The notes under the pieces were generated by a model. It was not told the DNA's origin. It saw nothing but the letters and a program-made list of their open reading frames with translations, and did not search any database. A DNA stretch of 64,000 bases from Acidimicrobiaceae bacterium. Its GTDB lineage: Bacteria; Actinomycetota; Acidimicrobiia; Acidimicrobiales; RAAP-2. A program made the position numbers and the translations under genes. The DNA lies in the NCBI GenBank assembly GCA_027339205.1, contig DAHWOV010000114.1, positions 750-64,749 of the forward strand. The letters are read 5' to 3'. Positions 25,845-33,841 of this stretch are shown piece after piece (the stretch's first letter is position 1; each line of letters starts with the position of its first letter).

Positions 25845-26710
25845 GTCGGGACGGAGGTCCCCTCGACCTCGAGAGCCCGACCCTCGTCGGCGAGCTTGCG
25901 CAGGTGCGCCCACAAGGACAGGCGGGCGATCGGGAACCGGGACGCGTCGACGTCCTCGTAGACGGAGGGCACAAGCTCGTCCAAGGTCGCAGAGCCTGCG
26001 TCGTCGAGCGCTCGTATGACGCGCGCTTCTCGTGCGAGGCGGTGCGCGATCACCGTCTCGACCACCTTGTGGGGTTCGCCGAGCAGGCGACCGTGGCCCG
26101 GGGCGATCGCCTCGGGCAGGGGATCGAGCCCGAGCACGCGTCGCAGGCTGTCGAGGTACCGGGCCATGTCGCCGTCGGGGGGCGCGACGACGACGGTCAC
26201 CCGGTCCATGATGTGGTCGCCGGAGAGGAGGATGCGGGGCTCCTCGAGGAGCCAGCACAAGTGGTCGCTCGAGTGCCCGGGGGTGTAGAGGGCCTGCATC
26301 CGGAACGAGCCGGCGTCGAGCACGAAGCCGTCGCGCGCCTCGACGTCCGGGACGAATCCCGGGCGGGCGGCGAACCCGACGACCGCCGCGCCCGCCAGCG
26401 CCGCCAGGCGTGTGGCACCGGGTGCGTGGTCGGCGTGGGCGTGGGTGACGACCACCCAGCGGATCCGGTCACCGGCCGTCGCGGCCGCTTCGAGCAGCCG
26501 GCCGAGGTGCACGGGGTCGTCGGGACCCGGGTCGACCACCGCAACGTCGCCGGCGCCGACGAGATAGGTGTTGGTCCCTGGGCCGGTCATGACGCCCGGG
26601 TTGGGCGCGGTGAGGCGTCGCAGCCCGGGAGCGAGCGCGACGACCCGACCGGGTGCCGGCTCGGGACCCGTTCCGGTGTCCGGCATCGGTGGGGGAGCCG
26701 CCTCAGCCAT
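25802..26710 (-). CDS. MBL-fold metallo-hydrolase
   Basis: The ATG at 26710 (MAEAAPPPMPD) begins the plausible part. It has GTNTYLVG, the zinc motif VVVTHAHADHAPG, and YTPGHSSDHL. The 5' remainder of track ORF 25802-27565 is an out-of-frame read through the NUDIX gene, so I rejected it. Confidence 0.8.
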   Translation of the reverse strand: MAEAAPPPMPDTGTGPEPAPGRVVALAPGLRRLTAPNPGVMTGPGTNTYLVGAGDVAVVDPGPDDPVHLGRLLEAAATAGDRIRWVVVTHAHADHAPGATRLAALAGAAVVGFAARPGFVPDVEARDGFVLDAGSFRMQALYTPGHSSDHLCWLLEEPRILLSGDHIMDRVTVVVAPPDGDMARYLDSLRRVLGLDPLPEAIAPGHGRLLGEPHKVVETVIAHRLAREARVIRALDDAGSATLDELVPSVYEDVDASRFPIARLSLWAHLRKLADEGRALEVEGTSVPTYRSAVASTGVPAG

Positions 26711-27647
26711 GGCCCGTCGCGGGTCGACGCGGCCCGCCCGCGGCCGAGCCTCCGGGCTCGCCGTAGCCGGGCTCGCCGTAGCCGGGCTCGCCGGGAAGGA
26801 GCAGCCGCGCCCCGCTCCCGTGCCCCACCATTCGCGGGAGGATGGTGGGGACCGCCCTCGGCGAAGACGCCGCGGCGAGGAGCTCGGGCGCAGTCGCGAA
26901 CCGGCCGATCGCTTGGAGGTTCTTGATCGTGGGCAGGATGAGCTCCATCTGCCCCGCCCTGTGCCGCTCCAGCGCCTCCGCCGGCCGGACCCAGACGTCG
27001 GAGATGGTCTCGCCGGCATCGTGTGCGGGCGTTTGCCCCTCGGGCGCGACGGCGACGAAGAAGCGGGTGTCGTACCGGCGGGGGGACCCCTCTGGGGTGA
27101 TCCAGTGCGCGAAGTAGTGGAGCGAGTCGATCGAGAGCGCCAGCCGCTCCGTCTCCAAGATGTCGAGGAACGAGCGCGTGCCCGAGTTGAGTGCGGCACG
27201 GTGGCGTGCGAACCGCTCCGCGACCCCGGTGTCGGCGAACGAGACGGGGCAGCCGCCGGCGCTCGAAGCGAGGAGCAGCCCGGCCTCTTCGAAGCACTCC
27301 CGGATCGCGGCGACCCAGTAGGCGAGCCCACCGGATCCGACCCCGAGCATGGTGCTCGCGGCCTCGTCGGAACGATCTCGGAAGAGCCGCTCGGCCCTGG
27401 GACCACGATCTGCGGCGTCCACCGCGCCGCCGGGGAAGACGTACGCGCCGCCCACGAAGTCCGCCTGCAGGCTCCGGCGTAGCATGAGGACCTCGAGAGG
27501 TGCGCTCGGGTGCGGGCCGTCTCGGACCACCATGACGGTGGCCGCAGGCGTAGGCGACTTCCCAAGAGGTGCTGTCTCCTTCGACGTCACCGTCTCTTGC
27601 CGATGAGCCTCTCGCCGATGAGCCTCTTGCCGATGAGCCTCCCTCAC
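26703..27647 (-). CDS. NUDIX hydrolase with repeat-expanded termini
   Basis: The Nudix box is GGAVDAADR..AAIRECFEEAGLLLA. GTG at 27647 has a strong AAGGAG 5 nt upstream, so the N-terminal EAHR(Q/R) x3 repeat is probably translated. The C-terminus carries GEPGY x2-3 (15-bp repeat at 26754-26795). It overlaps the MBL gene start by 8 nt. Confidence 0.8.
   Translation of the reverse strand: MREAHRQEAHRREAHRQETVTSKETAPLGKSPTPAATVMVVRDGPHPSAPLEVLMLRRSLQADFVGGAYVFPGGAVDAADRGPRAERLFRDRSDEAASTMLGVGSGGLAYWVAAIRECFEEAGLLLASSAGGCPVSFADTGVAERFARHRAALNSGTRSFLDILETERLALSIDSLHYFAHWITPEGSPRRYDTRFFVAVAPEGQTPAHDAGETISDVWVRPAEALERHRAGQMELILPTIKNLQAIGRFATAPELLAAASSPRAVPTILPRMVGHGSGARLLLPGEPGYGEPGYGEPGGSAAGGPRRPATGHG
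27594..27638. repeat. 15-bp x3 tandem repeat at the 5' end of the NUDIX gene
   Basis: CTCTTGCCGATGAGC / CTCTCGCCGATGAGC / CTCTTGCCGATGAGC. On the minus strand it encodes EAHRQ-EAHRR-EAHRQ. Confidence 0.7.
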
Positions 27648-27859
27648 GGCTTCTCCTTCGCCTCGTCGCCCTCCCGGGCCACGTCGGCCGAGGATACCGG
27701 TGGCCCGGTCCTCTCAGGCCCGAATGCCACCGGCCTCCGGGCCTGGTCTACGCTGGGCAGGACGCGGTGGCCCGTGCGTCCGTGGGGGGCGCCGCCCCCG
27801 GCCGTGCGGGTCGGAGCCGCGCGCCTCTCACAGCACTCGATCAAGGAAGCTCCAGCACA

Positions 27860-28945
27860 ATGGCGGACAGTGCAAGTGACAAGCCCCGGCCCAACGCTGC
27901 AGACAAGGAGCGCAGCCGGCAGCTGAGCCGCCCGGTGAGCGGCAAGGAGGCAGCGAGGACGTCCACGGGCGGCGGTCGCCGAGCGCCACAGGGCCGGCCG
28001 CGCCAGGGGGCCCAGGGGAACGGACGTGGCCCGGCGCCGCGCCAGGCCGCCCGCACGGCCCCACCGCGGTCCGCCGGCCGTCGCCCGCCGGCGCGCCGGC
28101 CGGTGCGCCCGGCGCGCTCCCGCCAGAACATCTTCATCTGGGGTGCGATCGCGCTCGTCGTCATCATCGTGGGCGTGATCGTCGCGGTCAGCCAGACCTC
28201 CTCGAAGACAACGAAGGGGATCACGTACCACTCGACGCCGGTCCCGGCGACCGTGCTGCACGAGATCACCCACGTCCCCACCGCCTCGTACAACGCGGTC
28301 GGTACCGGCATCGCAGGCGCGATCAGCCCGCCCCGGGTCACAAGCGGGCAGAAGTTGCTCAAGATCAACGGCAAACCCGCCATGTTCTCGGTTCTCGGAG
28401 AGTTCTGCCCCTACTGCGCGGCGGAACGCTGGGCGATCATCACCTCGCTGTCGCGCTTCGGCTCCTTCACCGGGCTCAAGACCATGCAGTCCTCGCCTGT
28501 CGACGTCTATCCGCGTACCCAGACGTTCACCTTCCGCAGCGCGAAATACACGAGCCCGTACCTCAGTGCGGATCTTCTGGAGCTCTACGGTCAGGACAAG
28601 GCGACAGGCAGGCACCCGGTCCTCACGAGGCCCACCAAGGCCGAGCTCGCGATCATGCAGAAGTACGACACGTCGGGCACAACACGATCCGGCACGATCC
28701 CGTTCACCGACATCGGGAACAAGGTCTTCTTCGCGGGGGCGAGCTACAACCCCAACCCGCTGCAGGGGCTCTCGCGGGCAGCCATCGCGGCGTCGCTCAA
28801 GAACCCCAAGAGCCCGATCACCAAGCTGATCCTCGGCACCTCCAACTACATGTCCGCTGCCATCTGCAACATCGACGGAGGGAAGCCCGGCGCGGTGTGC
28901 TCGAGCCCCGGGGTGAAGGACGCCGCGAAGGCGCTGAAGCTGTGA
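27860..28945 (+). CDS. Membrane-anchored CPYC thioredoxin-fold-like protein (DUF929-like), paralogue A
   Basis: The ATG at 27860 opens a basic low-complexity N-terminus, then one TM helix (IFIWGAIALVVIIVGVIVAV). The extracytoplasmic domain has FSVLGEFCPYCAAERWAIITSLSRFGSF and a C-terminal Cys pair AAICNIDGGKPGAVCSSPGV. The DUF929 name is from memory. Confidence 0.75.
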   Translation: MADSASDKPRPNAADKERSRQLSRPVSGKEAARTSTGGGRRAPQGRPRQGAQGNGRGPAPRQAARTAPPRSAGRRPPARRPVRPARSRQNIFIWGAIALVVIIVGVIVAVSQTSSKTTKGITYHSTPVPATVLHEITHVPTASYNAVGTGIAGAISPPRVTSGQKLLKINGKPAMFSVLGEFCPYCAAERWAIITSLSRFGSFTGLKTMQSSPVDVYPRTQTFTFRSAKYTSPYLSADLLELYGQDKATGRHPVLTRPTKAELAIMQKYDTSGTTRSGTIPFTDIGNKVFFAGASYNPNPLQGLSRAAIAASLKNPKSPITKLILGTSNYMSAAICNIDGGKPGAVCSSPGVKDAAKALKL

Positions 28946-28992
28946 GCACATGACGACGACCCCGAGCATGTGAGCACGACCATGAGCACGAC

Positions 28993-29637
28993 GTGAGCAC
29001 CACCCCTACGAGATCCAGGCCCACGAGGCCGCCCACCCGCATCACGCGGCGCGAACGGGCAGAGATGCAGTCCCGATCGGCGCGGGCCCGGCAGGAGGCG
29101 CCCCCGAGCACCCTCGCGCGTGCGGTGCGCTTCTGGAAGAAGCCCGACCCCGACACGAACGCCGTGCTCGAGCCTCCCCGCTGGCGCCCCTACGCCGCGT
29201 TCGCGCTCACGCTCATCGGCTTCGGGGTGTCGAGCTACCTCACGGCGGCCCACTTCTCGGGCGCGAAGCTCGCGTGCTCCGACAGCGGCATCGTGAACTG
29301 CGAGGCTGTCACGACGAGCGCGCAGTCCTACTTCCTCGGCGTGCCAGTCGCCCTGTGGGGCCTCCTCTACTACGCGGCGATGGGCGCGCTCAACCTCCCG
29401 GCCGCGTGGCGCTCGGCGGACCGGCGCATCCACGCGCTCCGGCTCGCCATGGGCGCCCTCGGCATCTGCTTCGTCCTCTACCTCGTCTCCGCTGAGCTCT
29501 TGATCATCAAGAACATCTGCCTGTGGTGCACCGGGGTGCACGTCGTCACGTTCCTGCTCTTCGTCCTGCTCGTGACCACCGTTCCCCAGATGCTCGGTTG
29601 GGGCGCGACAGGCGCGGCACAGGACTGGACAGGCTGA
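28993..29637 (+). CDS. Vitamin K epoxide reductase (VKOR) family protein
   Basis: Four predicted TM helices. The loop Cys pair is CSDSGIVNC followed by SAQSYFLGVPVALWGLLYY, and the active-site CxxC (NICLWCTGVH) sits in the last helix. The start could be GTG 28993 or ATG 29064. Confidence 0.8.
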   Translation: MSTTPTRSRPTRPPTRITRRERAEMQSRSARARQEAPPSTLARAVRFWKKPDPDTNAVLEPPRWRPYAAFALTLIGFGVSSYLTAAHFSGAKLACSDSGIVNCEAVTTSAQSYFLGVPVALWGLLYYAAMGALNLPAAWRSADRRIHALRLAMGALGICFVLYLVSAELLIIKNICLWCTGVHVVTFLLFVLLVTTVPQMLGWGATGAAQDWTG

Positions 29638-29683
29638 TCGGCGCTCGCCCGAGCCGCTTCGTTCCCGAGCTGCATCGTCGGAG

Positions 29684-30613
29684 ATGACGACCAACGACCC
29701 CGTTGCCGGCGGCGCACCGCCGGCTCCTCCCGTAGATCCCGACGCTGCGGTGCGCCGCCCCGCGACGTCGCTCCTCACGTGGGGGACGGTTGCGCTCGTC
29801 CTCGTGATCGTGGTGGTGCTCGTGGTGATCAAGCTCACCGGCACCCCGGCGGTCTCGACACCCTCGGCCGCCGTCACCCCGTCGCCGGCACCGCCTGGCG
29901 TCGTGAAGGCCGTCACCGAGATCCCGCCCTCCGTGTACGACGCCGTCGGGGTCAGGTCGTCCGAGGCGGCCCTGATCCCGCCGGTCCTCCTCCACGGGCA
30001 ACCTGCGCTCACCGTCGACGGCAAGCCCGAGGTGGTCTTCGTCGGCGACGAGTTCTGCCCGTACTGCGCTGCCCAACGGTGGGCGCTCGTCGCCGCGCTT
30101 TCGCGCTTCGGCAGCTTCGGCGACACCCTCTACGCCACGCAGTCCGGCTCGAACGAGGCGTTCCCGGGCACGCCCACCTTCACCTTCGACGGCACCCGCT
30201 ACCGGTCCAAGTACCTCGCCGTGACCCTCGTCGAGCGCTACGGCGACCAGAAGAACGCTGCGGGCACGGCGTACGCGCCACTGGAGCACCCCAACTCGAC
30301 GGTGAGGGCGTTGCTCGCCAAGTACGACCACGCCACGGGAGGCTCGCCGGGCGGGGTCGTCCCGTTCGTCGACGTCGCCAACAAGGCGATCGTGGCAGGG
30401 GGGCAGTTCTCCCCCTCCGTCCTCCAGCAACTGAGCGCGAACGAGATCGCCTCGGGCCTGACCGACGCCAGGGACCCCGCAACCCAGGCGATCGTCGCCT
30501 CGGCGAATTACCTCACCGCGGCCATCTGCGAAGCTGACGGGCAGGTGCCGGCGCGAGTGTGCTCCAGCCCCGGGGTGGGCGCGGCTGCGCACGCCCTCGG
30601 CATCACACCCTGA
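29684..30613 (+). CDS. Membrane-anchored CPYC thioredoxin-fold-like protein (DUF929-like), paralogue B
   Basis: Same architecture as 27860-28945: TM helix LLTWGTVALVLVIVVVLVVI, VFVGDEFCPYCAAQRWALVAALSRFGSFG, and the C-terminal AAICEADGQVPARVCSSPGV. Confidence 0.75.
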   Translation: MTTNDPVAGGAPPAPPVDPDAAVRRPATSLLTWGTVALVLVIVVVLVVIKLTGTPAVSTPSAAVTPSPAPPGVVKAVTEIPPSVYDAVGVRSSEAALIPPVLLHGQPALTVDGKPEVVFVGDEFCPYCAAQRWALVAALSRFGSFGDTLYATQSGSNEAFPGTPTFTFDGTRYRSKYLAVTLVERYGDQKNAAGTAYAPLEHPNSTVRALLAKYDHATGGSPGGVVPFVDVANKAIVAGGQFSPSVLQQLSANEIASGLTDARDPATQAIVASANYLTAAICEADGQVPARVCSSPGVGAAAHALGITP

Positions 30614-30676
30614 CCGCCGGGCCGGGGTCCGTTCGAGTCGGGGTCTACGCGGGTCGAGTTCCGCCCGGGTCGGGGT

Positions 30677-30934
30677 CTACCCGGCACGAGGCTCCAAGAG
30701 CTGCTTTCGCTCCATCTCGTTGAGCCCGCCCCAGATGCCATGCAGCTCCCGGATCCTGATGGCGTAGTCCAGGCACTCCTCCCGCACGATGCACCCGGCA
30801 CAGATCTCCTTCGCCCGGGCCTCGCGCTCGAGCCGCTCGTCCTTGCGCTCGGCGTGCTCCGGCGGGAAGAAGGCCGTCGACTGAGGTCCCCTGCAAGCCG
30901 CCTTGGCCTGCCACGCCTCTCCTGCGCTCCGCAT
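30677..30934 (-). CDS. whiB: WhiB-family (Wbl) Fe-S transcription factor
   Basis: 85 aa from the ATG at 30934: WQAKAACRG..FFP..ICAGCIVREECLDYAIRIRELHGIWGGLNEMERKQL. It has four Cys and the GIWGG turn. It is divergent from an ArsA-like pair, as whiB4 (Rv3681c) is from Rv3679/Rv3680 in M. tuberculosis, from memory. Confidence 0.9.
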   Translation of the reverse strand: MRSAGEAWQAKAACRGPQSTAFFPPEHAERKDERLEREARAKEICAGCIVREECLDYAIRIRELHGIWGGLNEMERKQLLEPRAG

Positions 30935-31067
30935 CGCCACTGCTCCGCCCCCTTCACGTGCGCTGACAACAGTACCGTCGGGTTGCAACTGCAAACAAGG
31001 GCGCTGAGCAGGGCTTTGTGTGACAACTTGCCTCGCGCGCGCTCGGCCGCAGCTACGCTCGCCCGAG

Positions 31068-32069
31068 ATGGACGTCGCTGCGTGGTGCACCCAGAGCCGT
31101 GTGTGGGTCGTCGCGGGCAAAGGCGGCGTGGGAAAGACCACCGTCAGCGCGATCCTCGCAGCGACCGCTGCGGCGGCCGGCCTGTCCGTCCTCGTGATCG
31201 AGCTCGAGGGCAAGCACGGCCTCGGTGCCACCTTCGGGCGCAACGGCCCGGTCGGCTACCAGGCGGTGACGCTGCGGGGTCCGGGGCCCAAGGATGCGCC
31301 GTCCGAGGGCAAGCCCGGCCCGGGCGGGATCTGGGCCAGGCGCCTCACCCCCGATGACGCCCTCCTCGAGTACCTGGCGGACCACGGCCTCCAGCGGGTG
31401 TCCCGGCGGCTCGTGTCGACCGGCGTGCTCGACGTGGTCGCCACCGCGATCCCCGGCATTCGCGACGTCCTCGTGCTCGGCAAGGTGAAGCAGCTCGAGC
31501 GTGGCGGCGTCGCCGACATCGTGATCCTCGACGCGCCAGCGACCGGCCACGCGGTGACCTTCCTCACCTCGGCGAGCGGCCTGCTCGACGCGGCGCGCGG
31601 TGGTCCGGTTCGCCATCAGGCGGCCGAGGTCGTGGACCTGCTGCGCGACCCGACGCGCTGCCGGGTCCTGCCCGTCACGCTCCCCGAGGAGATGCCGGTC
31701 AGCGAGACCGTGGAGTCCGCGCGGGTGCTGCGGGACCGGGTGGGGATCCACTTCGGTGCGGTGGTGGTGAACTGCTACGAGGACGGTCCCGCCGAGCTCG
31801 AGGTGCCCGCAGCCGACGCGGCCCGGGACGCGGGCGTGACGCTCGATGCGCCGACGCTCGAGATGCTCGAGGCGGCGCGCACCTTCCGGCTCGAGCGGAT
31901 CCACCTCGTCGAAGAGCAGGTCGAACGCCTTGGCTGCGAGCTCCCCCTCCCCCAGCTCCGTGTGCCGAGGCTCTCCGTGCCGGCGATCGGGCCCGCCGAG
32001 CTCGACCGCCTCGCCAGCGAGCTGGCGGGCGCGATCGAAGCGCTCCCCGCGCCTTCGGACGCCCCATGA
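31068..32069 (+). CDS. ArsA/Get3-like ATPase (Rv3679-like)
   Basis: The ATG at 31068 starts MDVAAWCTQSRVWVVAGKGGVGKTTVSAILAA (deviant Walker A), with DAPATGH as the switch motif. The stop overlaps the next gene (ATGA). Confidence 0.85.
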   Translation: MDVAAWCTQSRVWVVAGKGGVGKTTVSAILAATAAAAGLSVLVIELEGKHGLGATFGRNGPVGYQAVTLRGPGPKDAPSEGKPGPGGIWARRLTPDDALLEYLADHGLQRVSRRLVSTGVLDVVATAIPGIRDVLVLGKVKQLERGGVADIVILDAPATGHAVTFLTSASGLLDAARGGPVRHQAAEVVDLLRDPTRCRVLPVTLPEEMPVSETVESARVLRDRVGIHFGAVVVNCYEDGPAELEVPAADAARDAGVTLDAPTLEMLEAARTFRLERIHLVEEQVERLGCELPLPQLRVPRLSVPAIGPAELDRLASELAGAIEALPAPSDAP

Positions 32070-33370
32070 GCGTCACACCTTCGGCCGAGCCGGGCGCTCC
32101 CGGCGCGGGCGGCGACGAGAGCGGCGGCCCCGACGTGCCTCCCGACATGCCTCTCGAAGCTGACGTGAGGCCGGGCCCAGGCCCCGCGGGCCGAGGCACC
32201 GCGGACCGGGGCCCCGGGAACGGGGACCTCGGGAACGGGGACCTCGGGGACGGGGACCTCGGGGACGTCGTCGAGCAGCGGAGCGTCGTGGTCTGCTGCG
32301 GACCCGGAGGGGTCGGGAAGACCACCGTGTCGGCGAGCTTCGCCCTGGAGGCGGCACGCCGCGGGCGGCGCGCGTGCGTGGTGACTGTGGATCCGGCGCG
32401 GCGCTTGGCCGACGCCATGGGCATCGAGTCGCTGCACAACGAACCCGTCGAGGTGGTCGGGGACTGGCCGGGCACGCTCCACGCGGTGATGCTCGATGCC
32501 AAGAGCACCTTCGACGAGCTGGTTGAGCGCTACTCGCGCACAGCCGATCAGGCGGCAGCGATCAAGGCGAACCGCATCTATCAGAACATGACCGGGGCCC
32601 TGTCGGGCACCCAGGAGTACATGGCCATGGAGAAGCTCTACGAGCTCGTGGGCTCCGGCGACTTCGACGTGGTGATCGTCGACACTCCGCCGACGCGCAA
32701 CGCGCTGGACCTTCTCGACGCGCCCAGACGTTTGACCCAGTTCCTGGAGAACCGCCTGTTCCGCGCCCTGATGGCGCCGACGCGCCTGTCGCTCAAGGCG
32801 CTCAACGTCGCCACGCAGGCGCTGCTGCGGACGATCTCACGAGTTGCCGGCGCGGAGATCGTCCAAGACGCCGTCGCCTTCTTCCAGGCATTCCAGGGGA
32901 TGGAGGTCGGCTTCGACGAACGGGCGCGCGCGGTGCGCGAACTGCTCGCGGACCCGCGGACCGCCTACGTGGTGGTCACCTCCCCGCGCGCCGACGCGGT
33001 GGAAGAGGCGCGGTACTTCATTTCGCGCCTTGACGAGCGCGGCGCTCGCACGGCTGCACTGGTCGTGAACCGCATCCATCCGCGGTTCGGCCCCGGCGAG
33101 GTGAAGCTGGCGGCCGCGTTCGAGGGGACTGCGCTCGCTGCGCTCGCTCGCAACGCGCGGGAGCTCGACGAGACCGCCGACGAGGAAGAGCGGTCCTTCG
33201 CTGGGCTTGCTGCGGCGACCGCGCCGGCCCCCCTCGGACGCATCCCGCTGCTCGGGACCGACGTCCACGACGTGGGTGGGCTCGTCGCCGTCGCCGATGC
33301 GCTGTTCTGCGACGGCGGACCAGACCATCCCGCCGACCCGCCGGCGGGCTACGCCGGGGCTGTCGGGTAG
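32066..33370 (+). CDS. ArsA/Get3-like ATPase (Rv3680-like) with repeat-bearing N-terminus
   Basis: VVVCCGPGGVGKTTVSASFAL, VTVDPARRLA, and VVIVDTPPTRNALDLL. The N-terminal extension contains GNGDL-GNGDL-GDGDL. Confidence 0.85.
   Translation: MSVTPSAEPGAPGAGGDESGGPDVPPDMPLEADVRPGPGPAGRGTADRGPGNGDLGNGDLGDGDLGDVVEQRSVVVCCGPGGVGKTTVSASFALEAARRGRRACVVTVDPARRLADAMGIESLHNEPVEVVGDWPGTLHAVMLDAKSTFDELVERYSRTADQAAAIKANRIYQNMTGALSGTQEYMAMEKLYELVGSGDFDVVIVDTPPTRNALDLLDAPRRLTQFLENRLFRALMAPTRLSLKALNVATQALLRTISRVAGAEIVQDAVAFFQAFQGMEVGFDERARAVRELLADPRTAYVVVTSPRADAVEEARYFISRLDERGARTAALVVNRIHPRFGPGEVKLAAAFEGTALAALARNARELDETADEEERSFAGLAAATAPAPLGRIPLLGTDVHDVGGLVAVADALFCDGGPDHPADPPAGYAGAVG
32216..32266. repeat. 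15-bp x3.4 tandem repeat encoding G(N/D)GDL units
   Basis: GGGAACGGGGACCTC x2, then GGGGACGGGGACCTC, then GGGGAC. Confidence 0.75.
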
Positions 33371-33379
33371 TCTCCGGGC

Positions 33380-33832
33380 GTGGCCCGGATCCTCGTCGCG
33401 AGCGACGCGCCGAGCGTGCGGCGAGAGCTGGCGTCCTTCACCGCGTCACCCGCCGTCGAAGTGCTCGAGGCCTCCTCCGGCCCCGACGTCGCCCGGATGG
33501 TGCTCGACGACCCTCCCGACCTCGTGGTCGTCGACATGCAGATGGGCAACATGGGCGGGATGGCCGTCTGCCTCGACCTGCGGCTCGAAGAGTCGTACCG
33601 TGACGTCCCGCACGTGCCGGTGCTGATGCTGCTCGACCGGCGTCCCGACGTCTTCCTCGCTCGCCGTTCGGGCGCCGAGGGATGGCTCGTGAAGCCGCTC
33701 GACCCCATCCGCGTCCGGCGTGCGACGCGCACGCTCCTCGAGGGCGGCACCTACCACGACGAGTCGTACCAGCCGGTGCCCGTGCTCGTCGGCTCCACGC
33801 AGCCGTCGCTACCCGGCACCAGCGGCGACTGA
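33380..33832 (+). CDS. Single-domain response regulator (CheY-like receiver)
   Basis: MARILVASDAPSVRREL..PDLVVVDMQMGNMGGMAV..VPVLMLLDRR..GAEGWLVKPLDP is the receiver fold, with a putative phospho-Asp in VVVDMQM and the conserved Lys in LVKP. There is no output domain. Confidence 0.8.
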   Translation: MARILVASDAPSVRRELASFTASPAVEVLEASSGPDVARMVLDDPPDLVVVDMQMGNMGGMAVCLDLRLEESYRDVPHVPVLMLLDRRPDVFLARRSGAEGWLVKPLDPIRVRRATRTLLEGGTYHDESYQPVPVLVGSTQPSLPGTSGD

Positions 33833-33841
33833 TCGCCGGCC

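Noticed and set aside
26711-27565. The 5' extension of the MBL hydrolase ORF (track ORF 25802-27565). The long 5' extensions of the selD (52438-54315) and selA (53628-55340) ORFs are analogous.
   Set aside because: The extensions read through neighbouring genes in other frames and have junk composition. In each case family similarity starts at an internal start codon that overlaps the upstream gene's stop.
30636-30680. The 12-bp direct repeat GTCGGGGTCTAC (30637 and 30669) between the second DUF929-like gene and whiB.
   Set aside because: There are only two copies, one of which overlaps the whiB stop codon. There is no dyad symmetry or associated structure, so it is probably chance or a minor duplication.
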